Assembly (NCBI GenBank): GCA_002269645.1
Contig: NIVC01001409.1
Span: forward strand, 230,859 to 294,858
Reading direction: 5' to 3'
Origin: Macrostomum lignano
Taxonomy: Eukaryota
DNA length: 64,000 nucleotides
The notes below the pieces were generated by a model that saw only the letters and a program-made list of their open reading frames with translations, did not search any database and had not been told where the DNA came from. Position 1 is the stretch's first letter; the number at the start of each line of letters is the position of its first letter. Positions 39,601 through 51,769 of this stretch are shown here, piece by piece. The position numbers and the translations under genes are program-made.

Positions 39601-42600
39601 CAACATTTTGGAGAATAAGGAGCTGCTAGAGTCGCTAAACCAGACAAAGGCTAGCTCAACAACCATTCAAGAGTCACTGAGTGAGTCGGTGAGATTACAG
39701 GTGTCTCTTGATGAGGAACGCAGCGCTTTCCTGCCTCTCGCGGAAGATGGATCCAAGCTCTACTTCGTCATCTGTGACCTGGCAAAGATCAATAACATGT
39801 ACCGCTTTAGTCTGTCCGCCTTCCTGAGCCTGTTCCACCGAGCTCTAGCCAGCGAAGGCGAAAGTCCCACGCCTAGCATGCGCATCCAGGCTCTGCTGAC
39901 CCGTCTCAAGCACCTGGTGTACGAGTACGTTTGCCGCTCTCTATTCAAAGCGGATCGGCTAATGTTCGCCCTGCACATGTCTCGTGGCATGCGACCTGAC
40001 CTGTTCCGCGAACAGGAATGGGAGGCTTTCGCTGGACTCATTGTCTCCGACGCTCACGCTGGCACAGTTCCCGGCTGGATTAGTGAAGAGCGCCGCCGCG
40101 ATGTGCAGTCGTTGATGCAGTCGCTGCCGGAGCTGTCTCAGGAGCTGCGCTTTGAGGACGCCAATCTGTGGCGCGATTTTAGCCGTAGCTCGGAGTGCGA
40201 AAATGCCTTCCCGCTTGAGAAGAGACTCAGCGCGTTTCAAAAGGTATGATATATCAACGTATGCAAATTCCTTCAATTCCTGAAGGCTCAATTTGAAAGT
40301 ATAAAATACAAATTTCTTCATACGCATATTGTTGATGAAGCTTAACTAGTAACGTCAATCTCTCTCTGCAGGTTCTTGCCATCCAGGCACTGCGTCCTGA
40401 TCGACTGTTCACAGCCTTGAATCAATTCGCCATGGCGGCGTTGGACCTGAATGAAATCTCGCCACCGAATGTCAACCTCAAGGTACTGTTCGAAAAGGAG
40501 ACCTCAGCCACAGAGCCCGTCCTCGTGCTGATCAGCGCTGGCTCTGATCCAAGCCAGGAGCTACAGGAGTTGGCTGGCCAAACAATTGGCAGTGAGAATT
40601 ACCACCAGGTGGCAATGGGTCAAGGCCAAAGTGAGATTGCGCTGAAGCTGCTTCGCGACTGCTCCAGAGAGGGCGACTGGCTGTGCCTCAAGAACCTGCA
40701 CCTGGTCACTTCGTGGCTGCCAGTTTTAGAAAAAGAGCTCAACCAGCTGCGGCCGCACGCCCAGTTCAGGCTGTGGCTGACTGCCGAGCCGCATCCGAAG
40801 TTCCCGCCGATCTTGCTGCAGACGAGCTTAAAGGTGACATACGAGGCCCCACCAGGCGTCAAGCGCAATTTGTCGCGCACCTACGAAACTTGGACGCCGC
40901 AGTTCATGTCGTTACAGGGCAGCGTTGTGCGCTCCTGCACATTATTTGCTCTGGCCTGGTTCCACGCCGTGCTGCAGGAGAGGCGCAACTTCATCCCACA
41001 GGGCTGGACCAAGTTCTATGAGTTCAGCAACGCTGACCTACGCGCTGGAGCTGACATTATCGACAGGCTAGTGAAGAAGCATCAGGATGCCATTCCTTGG
41101 GAGTTCGTCTACGGCTTGTTTGAGAATGCCATCTACGGTGGACGAGTCGACAATGTATTTGACTTGCGCGTACTCAAATCGTACCTGCACCAGTGCTTCG
41201 ACCCTAACAACCTCACGAAGGGTAACCGTCGGCTTGGACCGATCAAGGTTCCTGGAACCACCAATCACCGAGTGAGTTTTCAATCTTCTTATTCAGCTTC
41301 ATTGTGTAGAAATTGAATAAAGCTGAGGCCGTCAGTTGAGCTACTCGTAATAAATGCGTTCACTGAGACGCCTGCCATAGCTTATAAATACGAGCTATAT
41401 TCGCCTCAACGTCTCTCTCTGACGCAACCACAACCCCACCATGCACACTGACATCCATCTTCAATTTATTTTGCTTCAAGAATTATATTCTATGTCAAAA
41501 TTGGTGTTAGACATAGGAATGAAATTTTGTTTCGATTCTCTGCTTCATCACACAATTTTATAAATTTATCTTCTCTAGGAGTTCGTGGACGCAGTTGCGA
41601 CGCTGCCCGAGTTTGACAACCCGTCCTACTTCGGCCTGCCAGAGAACATCGACCGCTCCTCGCAGCGAATCCTCAGCTCGCAGGTGATTGGCCAGCTGCG
41701 CGTTCTGCAACGCGTAGACGTGAAGGGCGTCAAGTTTGACAAAGACCTGTGGGCACAGGAGCTGAGTCCCATTCTGAACCTGTGGAAGAAGCTGAACCAG
41801 GGCCACCAGCTGATCCAGGCCAAGGCCAACCCGCCGAGTCACTCTGATAGCGCTAATCCGATCAAAACATTCGTGCTACTGGAACGCTTCAATGCCATCA
41901 AATTGGTGCAATACGTACACTCCTCTCTGGCCAGTCTCAGCAAGGTGATTCGTGGATCCCAGCTCCTCACCTCCGACATCCAGAAGCTGGCTGAAGCTCT
42001 GCTGCTGGGCGAAACGCCTCTCAACTGGCTGAGCCGCTGGGACGGTCCTGAAGACCCGCTGCTGTACCTTCACGGTCTGGTTGGCAGGGCAGTTGCTCTG
42101 GACACCTGGCTGGATAAGGTAATGAACAAGCAAAGCAAGTTAAAAACCATTTCTATAGGCTCAAATTAGCTGCAGAAGTTTTTGACGAGTGGATCGAATT
42201 GTCAGCATTCATCTTACAAGGCGGATACCCAAAAGTAGTACAGGACAAACTTTCAGGACATTGTTATTTATATTTCTGTTGGCCATAAAAGTAAAACAAT
42301 CTGAATCTCCTCCAGGTGATGAACGAAAACCTGTTGAACTCTCCACTGGACCTTAGCGAGCTGTTCAAGCCGGACACGTTCCTGAACGCGCTTCGTCAGC
42401 AGACTGCCCGCCAGGCCGGCTGCTCCATGGACAGCTTGAAGTTCGCCTGCAGCTGGGGCCGCGGCGGCATCGGCCAGGCGAAGCTCACCGCCCAGCTGGT
42501 CGGCTTTCAGCTCGAGGGCTGCACCTTCGATGGCAATCAGCTGACTGAGAACAGCCGCGACTCGCCCAGCGTTTCTGCGGTCCCGGCCGTCACGATCGCC

Positions 42601-42774
42601 TGGATAGCGAAGACCAGCTCGGACGTGTACTCGCCCGACCAGTGCATCAGCCTGCCGGTCTACTACGACCAAAACCGCGACCGAGTGGTGGCCCGGCTGG
42701 ATCTGCCCTGCAACTCAGGCACCCAGGACCAGTGGATTCAGTGCGGAGCGGCGCTGTTCCTGAAGCCGCAGTGA
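27673..42774 (+). CDS. DYNC2H1: Cytoplasmic dynein 2 heavy chain (retrograde IFT motor), ~4283 aa, 16 exons
   Basis: Exons 27673-27852, 27988-28158, 28262-28622, 28718-30090, 30199-31282, 31363-33098, 33206-35017, 35098-35255, 35361-36024, 36114-37074, 37164-38446, 39000-39222, 39297-40243, 40372-41271, 41579-42118 and 42316-42774. All joins are GT-AG and in frame (12852 nt). P-loops GPAGTGKT, GPSGSGKS, GPDGCGKG and GKSGVGRR, the last two characteristic of dynein-2. Confidence 0.97.
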
Positions 42775-43564
42775 GCCACAGGCATATGAGCACTCTGAAC
42801 TCATTTTTCTAGATTACCTATTTCAGAACAAATGCACTTTAGTCGTCCTAGTTTGGGCAACTCAAGCATAAATTGATTCGAAAACTTTCAGACAATTAGT
42901 TGGCTCCCAAAATACTAAGCTTTTAGCCCTCAAAATCAACTTACGAGGAAGTTAATTTTACCGGAAAGCGTTGTTGCAAATGTCGCCAATAAATCATTGG
43001 TAACGTTGGTAACCATGGGAAAGTAACCAAAGGAAGGGCGAAAAAAAGTGCGAAAAGTTTTGTCGGTAACAGCAGCGTAGCAATACTGAGCACAAGTTCT
43101 CTCTCTATTGCACTAATTAATTTCTCTTGTTTTTAAGCAGTAGTTTTTTTACTTTCGTATGTTTTGGCCTTTTAAAACGAAGATTTGATAATATTACCAT
43201 CAGTGACAGCAAGTCCACTATAATACGCTCGTAACTGATATGCTTAATTACCTGTTAAATTGATATACTATATTTATTAAAATTTTATGAAATCGAAATT
43301 AAAAACTGAAATACTTAACACTCGTACAATTTTTCTGCTTTTCACTCTGTTTTTCTCTCAGAATGAAAATATTTTCGACTCTATCACAGAAGTAAAATTA
43401 TTAAATAAACTGATTTGTACTACCTGAGTTACCTTGACTACCTGACTGGTCTTTACAAATAGTATCCTTTGATTTTTTAAATTTTAATCTGATTTCTGGT
43501 CGGTGATGGTTGTAGGATAGCCTGTTGAACAAATGATGAGGCGTGAAAGCTGCTGAACTGTACG

Positions 43565-43767
43565 CACTGGGCCATATGCAGAAAGCTCTGTCTAGGGTAG
43601 TCCGGTCTTGAAAAGCTAGTCTAGACTTGGATTTGGTATGCAGAAACACAAAGTTAGACCAGTCTACTATAGCAGAACTAGGCTAGCTAGACCATAGACT
43701 ATAGACTGAACTACCCAAGTCCGGACTAGCTAGTCTGGACTAAGCTTTCTGCATACGGCCCACTGTG
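43565..43767. mobile_element. Small MITE-like inverted-repeat element, ~200 bp
   Basis: CACTGGGCCATATGCAGAAAGCT ... AGCTTTCTGCATACGGCCCACTGTG, ~22-bp imperfect TIR with a palindrome-rich interior (CTAG repeats). No TSD seen. Confidence 0.5.
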
Positions 43768-44925
43768 CTCATTACTGAAGTGTACAACTTGCTTCTCAGC
43801 AGACAGCAGTCCGCCATAAAGTAACGCCAGAGTGCGTTCCTCATGATCTGGGCTTCAACCAGAAAACAGTCGACGAAACGCCGAGTGCACGCCTGTCCCC
43901 AGCAGCAGCACCTCCTGCACCGGCTGTGAGCAGTGCGGCTCGGTGCGGATGTTGCGGCCTGCCAACAGGTCGCGTGGAAAGATCAGACCCGCGCTTGATA
44001 GAGAGGGCCGCTTTGGTGACTCGTTCGACGCCCAACTCGAAGGCGCTGCATCAACCTATTTTTTTGTTCTGGAAGCTGAATTGTCTCGACCACCGCCTGG
44101 AGCAACGCCGCGCCGCTCCAACAGTCCAGTAGGAGCCAAAACCACTCACTGTACTACTCGTATAACCACTAAGGACCAAGTACGAGCTACACATCTGGCT
44201 CCTTGGTAGAACCTCGGACAGAAGACCTCCATGACTCCATAAACACGTATATCAAGGAGAAAAATCTAGACCAATAAAACTCAGGCAATGTTTGGCTTAA
44301 ATAAATACGCTTGTACATAATGTCAAATAAGATTATTCAATCCCATAAATTTATATTTAAAGTCGACAGCACAATCTAGAAAAAATTCACATACGATCGT
44401 AGAAACATTAGATTCTAAACGTAGTAGTACTTTTCTATTAAAGAAATAGGGAAGCAAAAAGCGGGAAGGACAATTAAGGTCAAAAGAACCAAAAAGCTGA
44501 TGGATTCAGATCTGGCCTCGCTCTACTTGGAAGCTTGCAAAATGGGTGGTGCAGCAAAGCGCGGTTGGTGTAAAAATTTGTCAGGAAGAATTGGTCATGT
44601 TTACTAATCAAAGTAGATAGAGTGAAGTACGTTATGTTATAAAACTTCGAGTAAGGAAATTTTATCAAAACAGTCAGCTGATTCCGATTCAATAATGGAA
44701 AACCTGGGTCTATGGGAAGAATCTCTTAAAAAACCAGCTGGTACATGCAACTTCAAATCACAGAACGCACTGAAATTTCTCAGAAATAAAAGCCCTTGGC
44801 AGAGCGGAGTAAAACACACAAGGTGCAAAAGATTGGACCAGTCTGGAAGCATGCACAAGAGATCATTTTTCGCGCGCGCAACGGAAGCAGGTAGAAAGAG
44901 GAGCGAGGAAAATCGTCAGGGCAGC

Positions 44926-47900
44926 TCAGGCTGCCTTCTTCACGTTGGACGGATTGCGGCCGACCGTCTTCTCGCGCTTCGGCTTGCCGAGGTCCTTGCG
45001 GGTAATGTGCCGCTCCACCTTCTGCTTCAGCTCGCCCTGCGACATCGGTCGCACCTCCGCTGTCGGGTCGTCGTCATCCTCGAAGTCGTCGCTGCATCGG
45101 TGTAGAAAAAAAATTAACGAAAGTCTTTTAGAAACCTTGAAACTTTGGACCAGGTGAAATGAAACTCTAAGACTGGGCCATTTTGCGGCCAACTAGAAAT
45201 GCATCGGGGGAGACAGAATCTCGTCGGTTGGCTTACCCGATGGCCGGCGGCAGAACCTGGACATCGGTCTGCTCTCGAGTGTGGCTCACCATGCCCAGCG
45301 TCAGGCCGTGCTGTGGCGGCGGCGCGTTGTCCTCCTTCTCGTATTTCTGCAGTTTAGGCAAGAAAATTCGACTTGTATGGCAAAGCATTTTCAACTTTGG
45401 TCCAGAACCTGTTCTATTGATAGAAAATTATTCAAAGAATGGATTGAGTGAATTTTAACTTAATTCGTTTCAATAGTGAATTATTACAAATGTTAGAAGA
45501 AGTAAATAAAGACAGATGCTTCGAATTTTTGCCATACAGTACATAACACGTAATGAATTTATTAGTGATTTTTTCCTAAAAAGTGCTGCAGTTTACCGTT
45601 TACGACGGTTTTCAAAGAACATTGTAAATTTATATATAGATACGAGTGACAATAATGATTTCAAGCTGAGCATCTGCACGCTACCCGCTTCTTCTTCCGC
45701 GCGAGTCGCTGCGTCTCGTCGTATCTCTGCAGATTCGAGCAATCAAACTAGAGAGCATCATTATAAATAATGAAATAAAACGAACTCAACAGTTAATGAA
45801 ACTTTATTCCCCATCATTGAAGTCATTGCAATAACTGCTTGTATTTAATTATGACAGCGAGTTATTAAAAAAAACTGACAAGTAGTAAAATACAATGGGG
45901 AAATTTACAGAATTCAAATTTGATAAGAGCAGAGCTGACAAACACAGAAACCTAAAGATTCTCTTTATTCTGTCAGAGCAGAGAGATTTCGAGTGAAACG
46001 CGGCATGCAAATTGTAATGTAGAAATCGGTGGGCAGAAAGGCAGTTGCATGAATGAATTTACATTAAATAATAAGCGATAACAGGTTTAAAAAGAGCATT
46101 AAAAAAATAAATAACGGCCGAGAGATTCGGACACTTTCGGCCACAGCCGAAATCAAAATGGAATGTTAGGGCTAATTGACCGCAGGACTCAGATCTAATA
46201 TTCAATAATGAGCTAAATGTCGCTTTAAAATGGTCGTTCTAGCTTTGGTCGGCGGGTAGTTTTAATAACATTAAATATTTTCAATCAGTCAAATTATTAT
46301 TTGTGTGTAATCGTCCGCACAAGCTGGAGTTCAGAGACGGCGCCTTCTCAGTCGATGAGGATCTCAAACTGGACCATGCCGATGCGGTAGGTGCGGTCCA
46401 CCTGGATGTTCTTGGCCTGGGCCCAGCACTCGATCATCGTGACCACATTCCTGGTGATGCCTTTGAATTCTACAAACACCAGGGGCGACATGTAGCGCAC
46501 TTGCTTCAGGTAGGGGAAGAAATAGTGCTCAAATACTCCGTAGCCCTCCTTGCAGTAGCTCTCAGTGCCGTCCCAGCCGTTGCTGGTGTAGTGGTAACAA
46601 ATCTGCTTGATGAAGTCGCGGTCTGTCGGGGTCCGGCCCTGGCACTTCACCAGCACGCCAGTGTTGGACGCGTTGGTAGAGATGCCCTCCTCCACGGGGT
46701 CCGGCACCCAGCCGTACACGCGGTTGAGCTTCAGCGCGATGCATGGATCGCCATCGACGAAGCCAAAGTTGACGTAGGCGTTGCAGCGTCGACCTACGTC
46801 CAGGTTGAATCGGCAGACGGTGTTGACGGGGTCGAGGTTCTGGCCGTCGGCGGCGCAGTCCTTGACAATCTCGTTGGACGACAGGATGTTCTGCTGGCCG
46901 TATTCCTCGTACCACTGCGTGAAGGCCACGAGGTCGTCAATGTACTTGCGAGCGCTGGAGAAACGACTGTTGCGATAGCGAATGAGGCTGGTGTAGTAAT
47001 CGGGCTGGGGGATGTAGCTCAGACTGGGATTCAAGCGCAGCACATTCTGCTCTCCCGTGAGCACAGGACGATCTTCGTTGAGCACGGCAAAGTCAAACAA
47101 TGCAAAACTGCCGGCCCAGATCAGCGCGATGACTGTGTAGAAGACGATGTAGAAGATAATGAGCCTGGCCCAGGCTGTGCCGCTCCGGTCCAAAAATGTT
47201 CGATCCACCGGGTTCCAAATGAACTTGGAGATTCGTTCGGCCAACGGCATCTTGCGCTCCATGCTCCCAACGTCGGTGCGGAAGAATTCGCTGGACTTTT
47301 TTGTCACCTGACTGTACATGCTGGCGCCGGTTCGCGCCGAGATGACGCTGCGGGAGCGGCCCGGCTGCTGGTGGAAAGAGCCCGCCTCCTCGTACTGGGT
47401 GGGTCCGCCGCCGCCGCCATCGTCTTTCGGCTTATTCGACGAATATAGCGAATTCTGATAATATTTTTCTGCCATTGCTGATTGCTGCAGAGCTTCCCCT
47501 GTCTCTGATATTAAAAACTGTGTTCAAGATCTGCAGTCTCGCAACGCGGGGCAAGCCGGTAGAACACAGCCGGATTGCAGATGGCTTTGCCAGAATAAGG
47601 AAAAAGAAGGCGGAAGAGAGAATTTGAACTGGCGCGCTTGCTGGCTAGGGAGACGGGCTTTGGTGGGGGACGGGGGTACAGAAAGAGCTTTGGCTGAAAT
47701 GAAATGCAAGGAGCAGAAAGGAGGCCAGCCACCCCTCTCCGCCAGTCTCACCATTGTGTGCTAGAAGTAGGAATGGAAGCGAAGGGCATTGAGAGGAGAG
47801 AGTGAGGGCTGCGCAACCCTCCATGAAGCGGGAGCTCACACAAGCCTCACCCCCGGCTTCTCTTCCTTCTCGTATATTCTCTCTACTCTGGCTCTCCTCG

Positions 47901-50613
47901 CGCGCGCCGTCGTGCGGCCGTTGGGTTGGAGGCGATCAATAATCAAGTCTGTTCTGACTCAACCCTCACTTGCCTGGGCAGGGTGAGAGCGACGTGTTTT
48001 GGGTGTACGGTTTTCCAGCCCTCCCTTGCTGTGCGGGCCGGCCGGCCAAAAGGGATGAAGTTATTTGCTAATTAAGCTGCTATGAGTGCACTGGCAATTA
48101 GCTCTGTACACTTTATCTTATCGCTATTTTGACAGCCTGATATCATATCAGAGCTTATCGAATGAAAAATATCTGATAAGATAAAAATGAGATAACACTT
48201 TTTCTAGCAGCTGTCGTATTTATCAGTGCTGCGAGTTCTTATCTTATCTCAAATCCTCAGTGCCTACTCTTAGGCATATAATCAGTGAATTGGACAATAA
48301 TTAATTAACTAATTGCATTCAACACAAACAAGACTGCAGGAATTTCATTTTAAAAAGTTTACGATTGAATGTTAATTAAAACATTCCACAAATGCAAACT
48401 GCAAGCATAAAAAATCAGTCTACATATAATTAATATGGCAAGAAGTAGACTGTCGGATTTGAAATGCACTACGCCGTTTCAGAATCAGCAGTTTTAACTT
48501 GATGTTTCTTGAATAAATCTTACTTCTGCAAGATGTTTTTAGTTCTCTCATTTCACTGTCACCGTTTCTCATTTCCAAACATCAATCAGCACTGCTGTTA
48601 TTTCAGGATAGCATCAGGATCTGCATAGGAAACCATGACAACTCACCTTTGTCTGCAGGTAGTACTGCACGGCCAGCAGTTCGTTGGTTTTCTGCTCAAC
48701 TTCGCCCAGGTAGAGCATGCAGTTGCGGCTGGAGATGTCGTCATCGGCGCCCAGCATCTCTCTGATGTGCCCGTCCGAGCAGCCGCACTTGTCGAAGATG
48801 GACTTGATGGCCTTCTGCAGCTCCTCCAGCGTCTTCTTCACCGCCTCCTGCTTGCCGGCCGAGTCCACGCGGGCCTCCTTCACTGCGGCGATCTTCCGCT
48901 CCAGCTCGGCGAGAATCTTCTCGCGCTCCTTCTCCAGTTCGCTGTCCTCCTCGATAAACCTGCCAGGTGGGGAGAGTTGCGGATTGTATGGCTGAAATGA
49001 TGTGGCAGCATTTGGTGTTTAAATCTCCCTTTAAAGTTTCTCAATGTAACGTGAGCTTAAGCGTTGGCTTATCGCATTAATTTCCTAGATTTGCATAGAT
49101 CAATGACAAAAATTGGAAACAATCCGCGGTTACCAGGCGAAATTAATAAATAATAGAAAGCACTAATCTATAATATATAGAGCTGTTTAACTCACTGCTC
49201 CATGTCCTTCTTCAGCTTTTCGATTTCCTCAATCAGCATCTCGATGATGTTGTTCTGCTCTGACACGTATTGGAACAGGGCAAAGTTTTCGTCCTCCTTC
49301 TGGATGAACTCCTTCACGATGATGTCAAGATCGTCCTCCTCAGTGATCTCCTTTATGCGTTGCATCGCCTCGTCGTGCTTCTCGTAGATGCGCCGCTGCG
49401 CTTCTTTGGCCTTCTCGCCGTGCGAGCCGTGCTTCAGCCTGCGCTCCTCGGCCTCCTTCTTCCACTCTTCGCGAGTGTTGGCCTTGCGAGTCATGAACTC
49501 GCGCAGCTTGTTGTCGTGATCGATGAAGCGCTCCAGATCGCGCTTCTCGTTCTTGTACTGCACCTCGTCTTTCTCATTCTTCTCGCGCAGGGCGACGATT
49601 TTGTTGTTGCAGTCGTCGCGCTGCTCGTAGGCCTTCGTTGCCGACTCGGTTAGGTAGCTGCGACGCTGACGCACCTCCTCCAGCTCCTCGCTCAGCTTCC
49701 GATAGAGGTCGTCGTACAGAGACTTCTCAGTGCGCATCTTCTCGATCTCATCCCGAAGACGCGAGTTCTCGGTGAGGGTGTCATTGTACCTGTCCGTGTT
49801 GGTTTGCGAAGTGAGAAATACAATTCAGATTTAACAAAGTTGTAGCTGGAAACTTAAACATTTTTTCTATTCTAACATATCACAGACAGAGATTTACTTT
49901 TGTAATTCAACCGGTCTTCCTGCAATCACTTGGAAACAGTAAAAATCTTGTAAAAAATAAATAAACGAACCTCTTATTGTCCTTCTCCAGCCGGTTTTCG
50001 AGTGTCTGGCGCCTCTTGTGCAGAGTTTTGGACCTCTCCTGGCTGGTCTTCTCGGCGTTGCCGCCGCTCTTCTTCTTCATGGTCTTGTTGTCGCGCTCCG
50101 CCTTGCGGATGTCGGCGTCCAGGCCGGCGATATTGCTGCGCTCCAGCTCGATCTGCTCGTCGAGATCGTCCTTCTCCTTGGTGAGCTCGCTGAGTCGGTT
50201 CAGCGTCTGCTTGTCGGCCTTCTGGTTCTGCTGGCTTTGGGCCTGGTTCAGATTCGTCCGGATCTCCTTGTTATCCTGCTCCAGATGGTCGATTTCCTCT
50301 CTGAAGTTTTTTCCAGGGTAATTTCTGGTATTAGTGTCTGCCCCCGTTAACAGCCAACGCTTTAGTTAGGCGAGCTTTATAAGGTAAAGTATAAGGTAAA
50401 GTATTAATTAAAAAACCGATAAAGATAGGCATAATTCTTATTAACAAACGCGGCTTACTGTTGCCTGCGCAGCGTGTCCTGCGACTCCACAATGTATTTC
50501 CGGCGGTCATTTTCCAGTATGCGGTACTGGTTCTGCAGCCGCTCGTATTCTTCCTGCAGCAGGGCGTCGTTTGACTCTTCACCGTCCTCGGCGGCGGATC
50601 TGGGGCGCGGCAT
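44926..50613 (-). CDS. ODAD1: Outer dynein arm docking complex subunit (ODAD1/CCDC114/CCDC63 family), ~555-569 aa
   Basis: Exons 50613-50459, 50300-49971, 49789-49196, 48959-48647, probable 45726-45685, 45346-45237 and 45091-44926, with phases 2,2,2,0,0,2 all consistent. Motifs EYERLQNQYRILENDRRKY, YNDTLTENSRLRDEIEKMRTEK, EDENFALFQYVSEQN, NCMLYLGEVEQKTNELL and an acidic tail followed by RPMSQGELKQK. Confidence 0.88.
46348..47475 (-). CDS. ATP1B: Na+/K+-ATPase beta subunit (nervana-like), intronless ORF, 375 aa, nested in ODAD1 intron 4
   Basis: KFIWNP..RTFLDRSGTAWARLIIFYIVFY type II membrane anchor, PCIALKLNRVYGWVP, YFPY..Q..YMSPLV, and the conserved extracellular cysteine pairs. C-terminus IECWAQAKNIQVDR...GMVQFEILID. 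Confidence 0.93.
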   Translation of the reverse strand: MAEKYYQNSLYSSNKPKDDGGGGGPTQYEEAGSFHQQPGRSRSVISARTGASMYSQVTKKSSEFFRTDVGSMERKMPLAERISKFIWNPVDRTFLDRSGTAWARLIIFYIVFYTVIALIWAGSFALFDFAVLNEDRPVLTGEQNVLRLNPSLSYIPQPDYYTSLIRYRNSRFSSARKYIDDLVAFTQWYEEYGQQNILSSNEIVKDCAADGQNLDPVNTVCRFNLDVGRRCNAYVNFGFVDGDPCIALKLNRVYGWVPDPVEEGISTNASNTGVLVKCQGRTPTDRDFIKQICYHYTSNGWDGTESYCKEGYGVFEHYFFPYLKQVRYMSPLVFVEFKGITRNVVTMIECWAQAKNIQVDRTYRIGMVQFEILID

Positions 50614-50733
50614 TGTTCAAGCTCGGCTGCGCATGAAGAAGGGACGATTTTGATTTGGAGTGGCGAGGTCAGGCCGGGTTTCTCGAAAATATTTTCGAAA
50701 TAATGTTCGAAAAAATGGGAATCAGAACTTTGC

Positions 50734-50746
50734 GTCACTAAGGAAC
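50734..50746. promoter_or_regulatory. Candidate RFX X-box upstream of ODAD1
   Basis: GTCACTAAGGAAC (reverse complement GTTCCTTAGTGAC), ~120 bp upstream of the ODAD1 ATG. Imperfect match to the X-box palindrome. Confidence 0.35.
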
Positions 50747-50751
50747 CTTAG

Positions 50752-51215
50752 AATCAGCTGTTAGGGTCAGAATGGACTCAGCTAGGGTCAGAATGGACTC
50801 AGCTAGGGTCAGAATGGACTCAGCTAGGGTCAGAATGGACTCAGCTAGGGTCAGAATGGACTCAGCTAGGGTCAGAATGGACTCAGCTAGGGTCAGAAGG
50901 GACTCAGCTAGCGTCTCAGCTAATGGACTCAGCTCAGCTAGGGTCACTCTTGGACTCAGCTAGGGTCAGAATGGACTCAGCTAGGGTCAGAATGGACTCA
51001 GCTAGGGTCAGAATGGACTCAGCTAGGGTCAGAATGGACTCAGCTAGGGTCAGAATGGACTCAGCTAGGGTCAGAATGGACTCAGCTAGGGTCAGAATGG
51101 ACTCAGCTAGGGTCAGAATGGACTCAGCTAGGGTCACCTTGGACTTAGCTAGAGTCAGAATGGTCTTAGCTAGGATCACATTGGACTCAGCTAGGGTGAG
51201 ACTGGACTCAGCTGC
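50752..51215. repeat. 21-bp minisatellite between IQUB and ODAD1
   Basis: Unit GCTAGGGTCAGAATGGACTCA, ~21 copies. Confidence 0.96.
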
Positions 51216-51769
51216 TAAAAAGCGCATGCAAAGAAAAAAATAGAAATCTACTCCATGATTCCGTCCATAAAAAGCTAAAAATTAAACATGTTTATTTTAA
51301 CAAATCAAGTTATACCGAAGCATTAGGTAATACCCACAGTACAGTGCAGCCTGTTGGGTCCGGTGGGCATAAAAACTTTTCAGTACGCAAGTACAAAGGG
51401 AATGTTTAATCCGTTTAAACCATTTGCGGGAGCAGAAAAAGACCATAAATCACAAGAAAGGAGCGAATCTTTCAGCTAAAAAAATATCAATTTGAGTTCC
51501 CTATTAAGCTTTTGAATTTATTAAAAATTTCAATTACAGATCGAGACGGGTTTGCAAATCAGGTAGTACATTAAGAATTAGAGAGCGCGTAACAATATGT
51601 ATTTGTATATATAATTAAACAAAGCAAGTGAGTCAGGGGAGAGCGGGCGCAGGGGCACCGGCCCGCCTGGCAGCGTAAGCAGCGCGCAACTCAAGGAAAC
51701 AAAGCAACAGCAATTCTCTCAGATTGAAAGCTTAAGAGAGTCTTATGGAGCAGGTGAGACTGCTCTGCC

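Noticed and set aside
46303-47448. 381-aa plus-strand ORF opposite the beta subunit, and similar shadow ORFs over CDC20, IQUB, DYNC2H1 and ITPR
   Set aside because: Antisense shadows caused by high GC at third codon positions. No independent homology.
48080-48270. GATA-rich stretch with short inverted repeats (TTTATCTTATC/GATAAGATAAA) upstream of the nested gene
   Set aside because: The inverted ends are too short and imperfect and no TSD is visible. It cannot be supported as an element or enhancer.
50738-51243. ORFs reading (MDSARVR)n or (LTLAESI)n
   Set aside because: Translations of the 21-bp tandem repeat, with no splice or homology support.
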